Positions 25,215-38,840 of a stretch of DNA of 64,000 nucleotides are shown piece by piece. Position numbers and translations under genes: made by a program. The notes beneath the pieces are model-generated. The model was given only the letters and a program-made list of their open reading frames with translations, was not told the origin of the DNA and searched no databases. Location of the stretch: assembly GCF_020745735.1 (NCBI RefSeq), contig NC_083420.1:53077931-53141930 (forward strand). Reading direction: 5' to 3'. The stretch comes from Hemiscyllium ocellatum. Its lineage: Eukaryota. The first letter of the stretch is position 1, and each line of letters opens with the position of its first letter.

Positions 25215-25658
25215 GTATGTGTTAAAATTGTAATATTAAATTATAACTAACTCTTAAATAGCCTGGCACGATAATCCACTTCAACTGGAATATTTAAAGT
25301 TTGTTTTTGGGGTTTATAAACCTGAACCTTAAATTACTTGGATTCTAATATTTTTGCCTTTATTTAAAAATCACTGAAATGACCGTTTCAATTTTAAAAT
25401 TGCTCGGATGCCTCTAAGTTAAAGTGTTCGAGATCATAATCTTTTACTGGAAAATGCAGAACCTGTAAAATCTTGATCAGGTGTTAAAACTAAAAAATTG
25501 TATGTTTTTAATATTTGTGACATATAAAGTTAATGTAATTACCATCTAGAGTTTTGTATTAATTTACTTTTGGAATTGCTGTCACTGGTATTTATAGGTT
25601 ACTAATAACCTGGTTCAGCAGTTGGGAACACGTGTTGTGCACTGAATGGGTATAGTGA

Positions 25659-25794
25659 CTGGCACACCCTGAAAATTACCTATGGCACTGCCAATTACCA
25701 TGGGTAAGATTAGTGTGCCTACATTAAATGGTACACTAAAGCTTATTGCCTACTTTTGTTGTTTGTGGTCAATAAAACCCGTGTGCCAATAAAT
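25659..25794 (+). ncRNA. SNORA78: H/ACA snoRNA, SNORA78 (ACA64)-type
   Basis: Hairpin 1 GGCACAC...GTGTGCC with pocket CTGAAAAT/AGAT; H box ACATTA at 25721; hairpin 2 GGTACAC...GTGTGCC with pocket GCT/AAACCC; terminal ATA at 25789; both pockets 14 nt from their box; syntenic with human SNORA78. Confidence 0.85.
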
Positions 25795-28700
25795 TTTATT
25801 GAACCTTTTAAAGGTGTAGTTGTTTGCAATGTCCTCTTTCAAAAATAAACTATTTGCAGGCAGTATTCTAGATTGTTTACTTTGATTTTAATTTTACACT
25901 TGGTTATAGGTGCTGTGCAGTCCAGAGAATTAAATAATGGCATCAGATGGGTGACCAGACTTGAAAAGCACACACCGAAGACAAGAATGAGAAGTCACGG
26001 TAGTATGTACTATCTCAACTACACAAAGCTGATCAAGCCTTCATCATCTCCACTTTTCAAACCCGTGATCTCTTTATAAACTTGAGATAACTGGAAGGTT
26101 TTTCTCCTAATCACACTAAAGGAACAATTCCAAATTAGACACTGTTTCTGGAATTTGAAATCTTAACTCCAGCAGCTGCAGGTAATACCCATTATGCTAG
26201 TAAGGAAGTTAAATTCAGAATAGGCAATGTACAATCTGCTGTAAAATGAAGGAGTTCCTCTGTTTATGTTTAATCGAATAGGCATTTCAGTAGCTCATGA
26301 ACTACTGCAAGTCCCAAATAAGTCAAAACTGTAGGATAACTTAGTTTATTGGGATAAAACCACAAGATGTAGGAGCAGAAGTAGGCCAGTCATTCAGCCC
26401 ATCCAGTCATCTCACTAAAGTAGATCTCATGGCTGATCGGATAACCCTCAACTCCATTTTGCCTTTCCCAATTTAAAAACCTGTCTGGTCTGTAGAGTCC
26501 TGTAAACACACTTGATGACCAAACCTTGACCGCTCTCAGACGTAAAGATTTCAGAAGATTCACTATTCTCAATAAATCCTTCCTGATGCCATAAAATGGC
26601 CATTTACTCTCCGAGAGAGAAATCGCTTTTCTGCATCTACATGGTCAAGTGACTCAAGAATTTTTGTTTCTCCGGAGTATAGGTCCAAATATATTCAGCT
26701 TCTCAAGACTGTCCCACCACATACTGGATCAGCTTTCTGGAACCTTCCCTGCACTAGTGCTAATATCCGGTTCTTTTAGCCAAGGGGACCTAAACTTCAC
26801 AGCATTCAAGACATTGTCACAGTATTTTGTTTTAGGTTGACCTCCTCATTTCTATATTCCATTTCCTTCCTCACTAGCTGAAGTTGTACACTAGCTTTTG
26901 AGAATTTTTACATGGTTTATGCAGTTTAATGTTCAGTACCTTATTTTCCCATAGTTTACTTCATCTGCCAAGTTTCTGCTGACTCGGAGCTAGTCTATAT
27001 CCCCCCTGCAGGTTGTCATCCTGACCACTTGCCTTCCCATCTATATTTGGGTCATTTCCGAACTTAGCTACAGTCCATTCCCCATCAGTGCCAAAGTCAT
27101 TAATATTTATAGTGAACAAACTGATCATTTCAGCCTGGTTGCAGGCATATAAAAATCTAGTCAAATGATAAATGAACTCCTGTTTCATTAACAATGTTTA
27201 ACAAATATTGAACATTTGGATAAATTAAGTGCTAATTCTTTATTTCAAAGTCTACAAACAAAGTCAAATAACTCGGTGCTGCAAATTTAAAAAGTATAAA
27301 GTTGAATAACAATAATTACGCTGTGCTAATAGGACAGCAGAACCAGGTAGACAGCTTAAGACTCAGTAACTGACCCCCAAAAAAAGCAACTTTGCCATTG
27401 TGCTAGAATTACTTATATTTCCTCCATCATTTTAAAAATTTCAATTCAATTTTTTAAATCCATCAAAAGTTCTACTGTCCTTTTAACTGAGTGACAGGAT
27501 ATAAAATATTACAAGATTTTAGGTAAAAAAAAAATAAATCTAGTGGTAAAAGCATGCCAGCAGGAAATTGATGCCTGCTTCAGCTTTCTCTTTCAGGTTT
27601 CTTTTTATTAGCTATTGGGACCTCAACTCCAGTTGGAGTGATAACTGAAATGAGTACTGTTATACTTTTGTACATGTGACTGAGTGTTTTGGACTTGTAT
27701 CATGCTAAACGTTTCATGAAATGCAAAATAAGAAATAAAACTATGAAAAACAGGATTGCATACTGGTGAATTTGAATTCATGATTCAGTTCGGTTCAAGT
27801 GAAACTTATTTGTTCTTCGTAATATAAATCTGATTTTCAATGCAAAAATGATTGGATTGGAAATTCAGAATAGTCTGATGCACCTGAGTTTTTACCATTA
27901 AGGTGTAGACTAGATTCTAGACTTAGAAGAATTTTTACATTCAAAATGGTAAGAGGAGCATAAGTGACACCGTATACTTTGAGCCCATAACTGAAACCTA
28001 ACCAAGTCACAACAGTTAGAGGGAGGGGGTTCTAGATGAGAGTCTTTTATTCTATATCGGGCCTGCACTATACCTCGTTCATCATTCTAGAATGAACGTA
28101 CTCATGGCAGTTCTAGACAAAGTTAATTTGCAAAATGAACATTTACTGACTTACAGCTATTAAGTTTCTCAAGTATATTGCAGCATTAATTACAGAAATA
28201 AGCAGAAACATTTAAAGTGTTATAACTGGTGCAAATTTTCCATCATAGCAATCATCCCATTAAAAAACACATCATCAGTGTGGTTGGCTGTGCTGTCTCC
28301 TGGATAGTAATCTGAGGTTATTGCGTTTCCACATAGCCTTTCGCCACCTAAAATGTAGGAGAAATAAGTAGGGATTAAATTTAAGGTTTACAGTAATTGA
28401 TTTAATTAGGATTGGTGGTCAGAAGGCAAAGTAAAGATGGAATTTAAAATATTTAAGTTACCTAAAAGTACACAAGTTATGGAAAATTGGAATTTCACTG
28501 GCATTTTTCCATTTGGAATTCTACAACTCTCTTCCCATTAGGGAGTTTTTCTTTATACCTCCTTATACTTTCAGAGAAACATACCCTTAAGTCTTCTCCC
28601 ATTAAGTAGCAGCACCAGTTCACAGCAGCAAAAGAGTACACATATGAAACAAATGGCTTTTGAGCCAATAACTTCCAGTAAACAAAACCTATGCGTCAAA

Positions 28701-29914
28701 AGTCTTATTTCTGTTAGCCTTACAGCTGGGGTACATGTTCACTGATTTAGTGACTATCAGGGGCAAACATTAATTAGGAATCAGTGATTACAGATACATC
28801 ATAATTTAAAATCTCTCTGGATAATCTAAATCAAAACAGTACTTAGGAATATGACTAGGCCATTGCATCCCTGAGCTATTAGACTATTAATCCAGAAGCT
28901 AATCAAAATGTTCTGGGGACTTGGGTCCAAATCCCATTATGGCAAGTGATTGTCATTGTTAGACCCTTCATTCTAGAGATTCTTGATGGAAAATTGAATT
29001 CAGTGAAACCATTCTGTTGTCAGAAAAACATCTGGTTCACTCACGTCTTCAGGGAAGGCAATCTGTTATCCTTACTGGATCTGTCCCACATGTGGCTTCA
29101 AACCCACAGCATTATGGTTGACTCAACTGTCCTGTAGGCAATAAATGCTAGCCAGAGACATTTATATCTCAAAGGGTGGCTTGGTGATTAGCACTGCTGC
29201 CCCTCAGCACCAGGGTCCCAGGTTCAATTCCAGCCTCTGGCAACTGTGTGGAGTTTGCACATTCTCCCTGTGTCTGTGGGGTTTCCTCTGGGTGCTCTGG
29301 TTTCCTCCCACAGTCCAAAGATGTGCAGGTCAGGTGAATTGGCCATACTAAATTGCCTATAGTGTTAGGCGCATTAATCAGAGGGAAATGGGTCTGGGTG
29401 GGTTTGGAGGATTGGTGTGGACTGGTTGGGCTGAAGGGCCTGTTTCCCCGCACTGTAGGGAATCTATTTAATCTTTAGAAATGAACTTAAAAATAAAAAT
29501 GCACTCAGTGCTTTACACTTTCATACCAACAGCAGTCCATCATAATAAAATGAAACAGTATTGTAACATGGTCAGATAAAATAAGATTGCTTTACTGTAC
29601 AGTGCAAACAGACATTTTACTGACCAGCTCACTACTTTGAGGTTCATTACATTTAACAATGTATAAAATAAGACTGACAAAAACTGGTCAGCGTGTGGAG
29701 TTTGCACATTCTCCCTGTGTCTGCAGGGGTTTCCTCCCGCAATCCAAAGATGTGCAGGTTAGGTGAATTGGTAATGCTAAATTGTCCAGGGTTCAGGGAT
29801 GTGTAGGTTGGGTGCAATTAGGAGAATGTACGTTGAATTAGGAGAAAAAAAGCTCTTCACTGGTCGTGGTCATATCCAGCAAAAAAGGATGATGATCACT
29901 GTTGGAGACCAAGT

Positions 29915-29960
29915 TCAAGGACACTCCGAAGGTCCAAACATCTTCAGCTGCATCAATAAC
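29915..29960 (-). CDS. RNF151-like possible terminal exon
   Basis: Strong polypyrimidine tract, then tandem acceptors AAG|GTAG|; the distal one gives (R)LLMQLKMFGPSECP*, the proximal one gives R* immediately. Confidence 0.35.
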
Positions 29961-30779
29961 CTACCTTGTAGTAAAAAGGGAAAGAAATGGGAATGTTCAT
30001 TGTGCAACCAATGAGAAAGAAGAAGTTTATAACCGTATCCAAGTGACATTGTCAATTAATAAGAGATTTAGCACTGGCATTCTAGAGGTTGCCATTAACC
30101 AAAAACTTCATTGGATCAGCAACAGAAATACCATGGCTAGAAGAGAGGTCGGAGATTAGGACTCTGTAGCAAGTCCACAGCAACTCCCTGTGGAGGAACC
30201 CACCCAGACCCATTCCCCTACATATAACCCCTAACTAATGCACCCAACCCACACATCCCTGAACACTAGACAATTTAGCATGGCCAATTCACCTAACCTG
30301 TACATCTTTGGATTGCGGGAGGAAACCCATGCAGACACAGGGAGATTGTCTGTGTGGAGTTTGCACAGTCACCAGAGGCTGGAATTGAACACAGGTCCCC
30401 GACACTAGAGGTAACAGTGCTAACCATTGAGTCACTCGTAATTTGTCTTCTGAATCTTCAAAGTTTGTCCACCATTTACAAGCACAAGATGAGCAATGTG
30501 ATGAAATAACTTGCTGGTCTAGGACAAAATAGCTGCTACCTCATTGACCAAATCTAAAACATTCATTTCATTCTCTACCAGTGCACAGTATGTGTGCCAC
30601 CAACAGGATTTACCACAGCTACTCAGCAAGGCTTCTTTGACAACTTCCAAACCCATGACCTGTACCACTTGAACTGCAGTGAATCAAGGTGCTGGATCAT
30701 CAGCACCTGCTCAAGGGCAGTTAGTGATTGGAAATAAATGCTGATCCAAGAAATTGGGAATGTCATTTTATAAACATAC

Positions 30780-31014
30780 CTCATGGAACATTGCAGCATC
30801 CATGACCTGAGCCGCCTTCTGCTTGAAGCATCTTGACCAAAGATACTGACATTCCCAGAAGCAATGTTACCATCATCCATTTCAAAATATAAATGGGACT
30901 GTGACCTAGCGTGATTGGCTTCTTGTTCAGTGCTGGAACCGGAAATGATTGAAATGGTGTCCTCAATCACGGCTTCATTCAGACACTCTTCATTTTCGAT
31001 GTCATCTAATTCAG
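30780..31014 (-). CDS. RNF151-like putative acidic exon
   Basis: Acceptor TCTTTAATCAG; (A)ELDDIENEECLNEAVIEDTISIISGSSTEQE...RRRLRSWMLQCSM; donor AG|GTATGT; frame-compatible with the previous exon. Confidence 0.6.
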
Positions 31015-31313
31015 CTGATTAAAGATACAAATTTAATAGCTAAAGCTGTACTTCAGAAGATTCATTCAATAAATGTAGGCACTTTATAACAGTCTTATAA
31101 ATTTCCATACATAGTCTGTTAATTTGCAGGTGCTTAGGTACAAATAAATTGTATTTGTAAAAACACCACCATCCATTTGCTGAATTAGAATTGCCAACAT
31201 AAGTGGATCTCAATTAACAATATCCGAAAATTAATTCAAATCCTTATCACCAAGGTGTGGCTAAGCCTCTGTGATTAGGGTCCCTTGGAGTGTAGGCTGA
31301 ACAGTTGGAGGTG

Positions 31314-31610
31314 ATTTGGCAATGCCGGTGTTGGACTGGGGTGTACAAAGTTTAAAAAAAAATCACCACTCCTGAAGGGCCTTTGCCCGAAACGTCCATT
31401 TCGCTGCTTCCTCAGATGCTGCCTGAACTGCTGTGCTCTTCCAGCACCACTGATCCAGAATCTGGGTTCCAGCATCTGCAGTCATTGTTTTTACCTCTAT
31501 AGTCCAACAGGTTTATTTGGAAGCACTAGCTTTTGAAGCGCTGCTCCTTTCAGGTGGTAACCACCTCATGAAAGAGCAGTACTCTAAAAGCTAGTGCTTC
31601 CAAATAAACT
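31314..31610. mobile_element. Fold-back PLE-end element with a nested second-family PLE end (~31368-31496)
   Basis: Inverted GGAAGCACTAGCTTT / AAAGCTAGTGCTTCC arms; degenerate TSD AGTTGGAGGTG / AGTCGGGGGTG. Confidence 0.78.
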
Positions 31611-31908
31611 AGTCGGGGGTGTTTAAGATCACAGCGAGCCAGAAATACAAAAATATCCATACTATTGTGAAACATCACCAAAAACAGGAGCATCTGGGAG
31701 TAATGAAATGGAGGGAAAAGTTTTACATCAGTGTTCAAGTTCCAAAAAACATGCACTTCAATAGCTTCCTTAACACAAATGTTTTTGCTTGTTTTGGTGC
31801 AATTTTCTGAGGTGATTTTAAATAATTCAAACAAAAATGTACAAATAAGAACAGACTGGAGTAATGCTCCCCTCTCCCTAACAAGTGGAGGAGAAATGAA
31901 ATGCCCCA

Positions 31909-32226
31909 CGTGGGCGGCACGGTGGCACAGTGGTTAGCACTGCTGCCTCACAGCGCCCGAGACCCGGGTTGAATTCCCGACTCAGGCGACTGACTGTGTG
32001 GAGTTTGCACGTTCTCCCTGTGTCAGCGTGGGTTTCCTCCGGGTGCTCCGGTTTCCTCCCACAGTCCAAAGATGTGCGGGTCAGGTGAATTGGCCATGCT
32101 AAATTGCCCGTAGTGTTAGGTAAGGGGTAAATGTAGGGGTATGGGTGGGTTGCGCTTTGGCGGGTCAGTGTGGACTTGTTGGGCCAAAGGGCCTGTTTCC
32201 ACACTGTAAAATCTAATCTAATCTAA
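31909..32226 (+). mobile_element. tRNA-derived V-SINE (HE1-like), young full-length copy
   Basis: Box A TGGCACAGTGG, box B GGTTGAATTCCC, V domain GTGTGGAGTTTGCACGTTCTCCC, (TCTAA)n tail. Confidence 0.9.
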
Positions 32227-33675
32227 ACAAGTTTGCCATCTGAAAGTCTGCTCAAGAGCATGTCAGTTTACTCAAAGTAATAAAGTGCGCACAATAGTTT
32301 TGAAAATTTCAAAGTTAAAGAGACCAGCCTAGGTGCCTTGAACTGATGGCCCTCTGAAAATGACCAGGAAAGCCAGTTAAGAGCGACCCATGTTTCTGTG
32401 GGTCTGGAGTCACATGCAGGCCAGACCAGCTAAGGATAGCTTCCCAAAAAGGAATTTTTGAACCAAATGGATTTTACAAGCAAGGTGCTGAGGAAGATCA
32501 GTTCAGGAGCAGAAGGCTATGGGGTGTCAGCAAGTAAGGCAACCTGCAAAGACAGCTGACAACGTGAGCTTAGGGAACACAAGGCGAATAGCCTGCTTCA
32601 GTTCTGTGGAGATTCAATGTTAAGGAATAATGAACTGAACAAACAGATTGCTTTAAGGATGCTAGGAAGAAACATTAACTGAAGAAAACAACAAAGTGAA
32701 GGTACAACAATTTGCCAGAAGGAAACTGATACAGCCATGGCAGCTTAGCAAGGACCTAAATGAGATCAGGTTCACTGAGGTTCAAGCATCTAGGAGTTTT
32801 TCTGATATTCGTAATGAGATTTTCATAGTTCTTGCCCAGTAGAGTATAGTTTGTCTCCTTTAACAAAGGAACATTAAAATGATAAAAGTACATTAGCAGC
32901 TTCTTGTGCTTATGTTCAGAGACTTTATTGAATTTTTTTTTTGTTTAACAGACAATGTGTGGTCCATCAGGCCAGACTTCACTCAAGAATCTGATTTGAA
33001 CAGTATTACCACCAACTAGGATTATAACACGGACTGCAGCGATATAAAACAGCAACTCAACCTCTCTGGTCATGGGCAGTTAGGGGTATCAATAAATGCT
33101 GACCCAGCCACTGACAAGTGTCCCAAGGACAAAATGTAAGACTGCGTAGAGGTCTGGCAATACCATATTTGAGGAAAGATATGTTTTGCCTTGGAGGTGG
33201 TACAGTTCAAAAACATCATAAAAGGTTAATCCCTGGGATTGAGAGTGTTGTCCTATGACAATAGGGCTATCCTCTTTGATATTTAGAAGTTTGAAAAGTG
33301 ACCTCATTCAAACATACAAGATTCTGAAAGGTCTTGAAAAGGACAGACAAATAAGTAGTTTCCCAGATGTTGGGGGATTTGGAACATTGGGACATAGCCT
33401 CAGGATAAGGGACTGATCGTTTATGACTAAATGAGAAGACAATGGAGTTGAGCAGAAGGACTTGGGCATATACAAGTACATATCATGCAAGATGGCAGGA
33501 GTGGTTCAGAGATGATGAGTGGTTATTAAAGTACAGTATACAATAACTTGTTTTTATTAATAGGGGAAGAGTGTACATTAAGTAAAAAATGAGGTCTGCA
33601 GATGCTGGAGATCACAGCTGCAAATGTGTTGCTGGTCAAAGCACAGCAGGCCAGGCAGCATCTCAGGAATAGAGA

Positions 33676-33711
33676 ATTCAACGTTTCGAGCATAAGCCCT
33701 TCATCAGGAAT
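33676..33711 (-). ncRNA. Minimal hammerhead ribozyme motif, second PLE family (in fragment 33582-33745)
   Basis: ATTC-CTGATGA-A-GGGC-TTAT-GCTC-GAAACGTT-GAAT; stem I ATTC/GAAT; palindromic AACGTT. Confidence 0.72.
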
Positions 33712-33847
33712 GAGAGAGAGTAGCCAAGCAGGCTAAGATAAAAGGTAGGGAGGAGGGACTTGGGCATGTTAACCTTGACAATTACTATTTAGATAATTCT
33801 ATGAAATATCTTTTCTGTATCCACTCCCCAGTTCCTTCCTAACTTGC

Positions 33848-33988
33848 CTTCATCTGCTTCTGGTCCTTCCTCATTATTCAAGTCACTTGACTGCCAGGAA
33901 TACAGGCTTTCATTTTCATTGTGTACACGCATGTCCAAAGTGTTGCTGTGATCATCTTCATGGTCTTCAGCAGTCAAGTCCTCACTTT
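33848..33988 (-). CDS. RNF151-like putative acidic exon
   Basis: Acceptor TTTTTGTCTTTCAG; (E)SEDLTAEDHEDDHSNTLDMRVHNENESLYSWQSSDLNNEEGPEADE; phase 1 in and out; donor AAG|GCAAGT. Confidence 0.65.
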
Positions 33989-34917
33989 CTGAAAGACAAA
34001 AATGCAACTGACGTGTTTCAACATCTCAAAAATAAGATGGCTTAATCTGGTTGTTGATAGCATTCAACAGGACTGTACAAAAGGTCTTTTAACAAAAAAA
34101 AAGCACCAGAGGTTAGAGTCATATAGATGTACAGCACGGAAACAGACCCTTCAGTCCAACCCATCCATGCTGACCAGATATTCCAACCCAATCTAGTCCC
34201 ACCTGCCAGCACTCGGCCCATAACCCTCCAAACCCTTCCTATTCACATACCCATCCAAATGCCTCTTAAATGTACCAGCCTCAGCACTTCCTCTGGCAGC
34301 TCATTCCATACACATACCACCCTCTGCATGAAAAGGTTGGCCCATAGGTCTCTTTTGTATCTTTCCTCTCTCACCCTAAACCTATGCCCTCTAGTTCTGG
34401 TTTCCCCAACTTCAGAGAAAAGACTTTGCCTATTTATCCTATCCATGCCCCTCAATTTTGTAAACCTCTAAGGTCACCCCTCAGCCTCCAATACTGCAGG
34501 GAAAACAGCCCCAAGCCTGTTCAGCCTCTCCCTATGGCTCACATCCTCCAATCCTGGCAAGTTAATGGATCTCAAGCAATTTGTTCTCTCAAAAGCAGTT
34601 CAACTATAATTCTCAAACTTGCATACACTTGAATCAAAGATACTAGTTTTATCTGAAGACTTATTTTCAAATTTCTGGTTTAAGTCTGTTCAAGGTGGCA
34701 GGAATACCTGAATTGCAATCAAAATGTTTTCTTTTACAGAAAAACCACCTTTGTTCTTAGGATGTGGGAGATACTGACCACATTCCTTACCCAAATGATT
34801 GGAGCACAGCCATATGGTTTGCAAGTTCGTTGCAGGTACGGTTAAAAGGTGTAATGTGGTTACAGTAGGCTAGATGGAAGGGTGGCAGGTTCATTTTCCT
34901 CATAGGTATGAGCTGAT

Positions 34918-35132
34918 TAGCAGGTTTTGAGAAGGTTTGTAGCTCGGGTTGAGGTTCTGGATGTAAGTTTGCTCGCTGAGCTGGAAGGTTATTTTTCAGA
35001 CATTTCGTCACCATACTCTGTACCAGTGAGTGTCCAGTGAAGTCTTCACCAGAGGCTCACTGATGAAGTTACCGAGTATGGTGACGAAACATCTGAAAGT
35101 GAACTTTCCAGCTCAGCAAACAAACTTACATC
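34918..35132. mobile_element. Fold-back PLE-end element, third family
   Basis: Arms GATGTAAGTTTGCTCGCTGAGCTGGAAGGTT / AACTTTCCAGCTCAGCAAACAAACTTACATC; hammerhead core in the right arm. Confidence 0.75.
35057..35096 (+). ncRNA. Minimal hammerhead ribozyme motif, third PLE family
   Basis: TCA-CTGATGA-A-GTTACC-GAGTAT-GGTGAC-GAAACATC-TGA; ACGT palindrome apparently decayed to ACAT. Confidence 0.62.
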
Positions 35133-35984
35133 ATGAACTGGATTTTTATGAAAAGGCCACGGAGGTGAGGGCAATGTTTCCTGCTCCCACTCCATTGATT
35201 TCAAGAAATGAGAAACCTATCTTGCAAATAATCAGCAAAATCTACCACACCCTAGTGCAATCAAATGTAGGAAAGAGAAACTTCTGCAAGTTCAATTAGC
35301 AATATATTAAATTTACATAGCATCTGTTAATCACTGTTTTATAAAGTCGTCCAAGTCAGAGACCCATGATGCAATAGTAGAGTAGGGTAGGGAAGCTTAC
35401 ATTGAAGAGTGAAGGGACAGGGGTGGGTTTAGGGAGAAATGTTACGCATTATCCATGCTCTCCTGTTATGGACCAGATGCCCTCCAATTATTTTAATAAG
35501 GTGGCCAAGACCCAAATTTCTTCTTATTTTTAAAGGCAAACGTGAAGTGCTTGTTCCAAATGCAATGCAACTAGTCAAATAAATAAATTGTTTTGCTTAA
35601 CAAAGTTAAATACTGAAGTTAAAATACCAAAAAAGAGGAATTTAGAACTATTAAAAATCTAATAAATACAGTACTAACTGTTCCACTATAATGACATGCC
35701 ATAAACACACCCCTAGTCAAAAAGGAGCATTCAGACATTCTCTCATGATTTTTTTTCCCCTCCTGGATTGGAGAACTGCAAGAGAAAATTCAGAGAGCAG
35801 CAGCTGGGAGACAGTCACCAAAGCTTCCAACTCTGATCTCTCAACATCTGATGCTACTGAAAAACCAAAACCCAGAAATCCTAATGAGAGCGCTGAACAC
35901 ACCCATTCAGGCAGTTTACAAAAGCACCCAAGGCCTCCCAAGCAGTTTACTCAATGACCTTAACTAGCCAGCTTGGTACCTTGC

Positions 35985-37215
35985 AGAGTCATACAACACA
36001 AACAGACCCTTCAGTCCAACCAGTCCATGCTGAACATAATCCCAAACTAAACTAGTCCCACAGCTGCCTGTTCCTGGCCATATCCCACCTTTCCTGTGCA
36101 CGTATCTATCCAAATATCTTTTAAATTGTACCCACATCCACCACTTCTTTGAAGTTCATTCCAATCACAAACCATCTTGTGTGTAAAACATTTGCCCCTC
36201 ATGTCTCAAAATCTCTCTCACTTGAAAATGTGCCCCCTAGTTTAGGCAAAAGAAAACTACCATTAACTATCTATACTCCTCATTATTCTATAAAACGTCT
36301 ATGACATCACCTCAGCCTCCTACTCACCAGTGAAAAAAGGTCCAGCTTATTCAGCCTCCTTATTAATTCAAACCTTCTATATCAGGCAACATTCTGATAA
36401 ATCTCTCCTGAACCCTCTCCAGCTTGATAATGTCCTTTATATAACTGAACAACCAGAACCGGACACAGTATTCCAGAAGAGGCCTCACCAATGTCCAGTA
36501 CAACATCAACGTGACTTCCCAACTCCTATACACAAAAGTCTGAGCAATGAAGGCAAGTGTGCCAAACGCATTTTAACCACCCCCTGTGACACAAATCTCA
36601 ACAAGTTATGTATCTTAACCCCTAGATCCCTCCGTTCAACTACATTACCCAAGACTACACCATTAATTGTGTAAGCTATATCTTTGTTTTGTATCAAAGT
36701 GCAATACCTTATTTTTATCCAGATTGAACTCCATCTGCCATTTTTTTGGCCCATTGGCCCATTTGATTAAGGTCCCTTTGTAATCTTAGAAAACCTTCTT
36801 CACTGTCTCTTTTGGTTAGTCTGTAAACGTATTAACCATGCCTTCTACATTCTCATCCAAATCATTTATTAAAGTGACAAAGGAGGAGCCTGTGGAACAC
36901 CACAGCTGACAGGCCTCTAGTTAGAGAAGCAGCCATCCAGCTCTGTCCCCTGCCCTTAAGCCAATTGGCAAGCTCACCCTATCTCCCCTGTAACCTAACT
37001 CTGCTAATTCGTCTACCATTGCAGAACCTTGAAGACTTTACGAAGAATAGAAATAAATGTCTACTGCCCTGCCAATCTTTTTGGTGTGAAGGAGCCGGTG
37101 TTGGACTGGGATGGACAAGTTAAAAATCACAACTCTAAACCTGTTGGACTATTAAGCGGTGTTGAGATTTTTTAATCTTTTTGGTAACTTACTCAAAAAA
37201 AAATTCAATATCAAG
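35985..37215 (-). mobile_element. CR1 3' fragment
   Basis: Reverse-complement CR1 3' UTR and decayed RT C-terminus. Confidence 0.8.
37086..37173. mobile_element. 88-bp fold-back PLE-end element inserted in a CR1
   Basis: TSD AATCTTTTTGGT at 37074-37085 and 37174-37185; arms TTAAAAATCACAAC / GTTGAGATTTTTTAA. Confidence 0.8.
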
Positions 37216-37229
37216 TTTGACGATTTTCC

Positions 37230-38840
37230 GCACACTAATGTTTGTGAGGACAGCGTGAAACAGACTGATATACTCACTCAATCAGGTTAAAGAAGGATGT
37301 ACTGAAAACATTGAAAAACGTAAAAAAGGATAGATAAGTCCTCTGGGCCAGACGGGATTTCCCACATTTTCTACAGAAAGTGAGGGAAGAGATTGATCAC
37401 CAAAGAGACAACATCTTTGCTTCCTTACTGTCCACTGGAATAGTGTCAGGTGACAGGATATTTCTTGAATATCCCTATTCAAGAAAGGGAATAGGGATAA
37501 TCCTGGAAACTATAGACCAATCAGTCTTATGTCTGTGGTGGGCAAATTATTGGAGAGGATTGAGACGAGCGTTATGATTATTTGGAAAACCATAGCTTGA
37601 TGAGCAATATTCAGCATGGCTCTAAGAGGGGCATATCATGCCTCACAAACCTGGTTGAATTCTGTGAGGATGTGACAAAATATGTTAATGAAGGTAGAAC
37701 AGTGGATGTGGTGTACATGGATTTTAGCAAGGCATTTCGTAAGGTTCCTCACAGTAGACAAATTCAGAAAGGAGGCGGCAAGGAATACAGGCACATCTGG
37801 CAGAGTGGATACAGAATTGGCAGGCCCATAGAAGACAGAGGGTGGTAGAAGATGAAAAGTATTCAGCTTGGAGCTCGGTGACTAGTGGTGTTCCGAGGGA
37901 TCGGTTCTGGGACCGCTGCTCTTTGTGATTTTTGAGGACATGGAAGGGTGGATTACTAAGTTTGACACGAATATTGGTGGAGGAGTGGTGGATAGTGTGG
38001 AGGGCTGTTGTAGGTTGCAACAGGACATTGACCAGATGCAGAGCTGGACTGATAGTGGCAGATGGAGTTCAACCTGGAAAAGTGTGAAGTGATGCATTTT
38101 GGAAGGTCAAATTTGAATGCAGATTACAGAGTTAAAAAAGTAGGATTCTTGGCAGTATGGAGGAATAGAGGGATCTTGGGTTTCATGTCCACAGATCCCT
38201 CTAAGATGCCACCCAATCTGATAGGGTTTTTGAGGAGGCCTATGGCCTGTTGGCTTTTATTAGCAGGGGTAAATTGAGATTAATAGCCACGGGTTTATGC
38301 TGCAACTCTATAAAGCCCTGGTTAGACCACACTTGAAATATCGTGTTCAGTTCTGGTCACCTTATTATAAAAAGGACGTGGAAGTTTTAGAAAGGGTGCA
38401 GAGGATATTTACCAGGATGCTGCCAGGACTGGAGGCATGTCTTATGAAGGTTGAGAGAGCTAAGCTCATTCTCACTGGAACAAAGGAGAAGGAGAGGTGA
38501 CTTGATAGAGGTGTACAAGATGACGGCAGGCATAGATAGAGTGAACCTTTTTCCCAGGGTGGAAGTATCACAAGGGGGCATACTTCCATGATACTTATAA
38601 TTTTAAGGTAATCAGAGGAATGTTGAGGGGACGTCAGAGGTCAATTCTTTACACAGAGTGGTGGGTGCATGGAATGCACTGCCAACAGGGTAGACTCAGA
38701 TACATTAAGGACATTTGAGCAACTCTTGAATACACACACGGAAGATAATACAACGAAGGTTATGTAGGTTAGTTTTATCTTAGAGTAGGATCAAAGGTCA
38801 GCACAACATCGAGGGCTGAACATACTGTTCTATGTTCTAG
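37230..38840 (+). mobile_element. CR1 RT fragment, degenerate
   Basis: [21 protein letters not shown] and [13 protein letters not shown] motifs; TTCTATGTTCTA tail. Confidence 0.88.

Noticed and set aside
31912-31985. tRNA-like sequences with A and B boxes
   Set aside because: They are SINE heads followed by a V domain and tail, not tRNA genes
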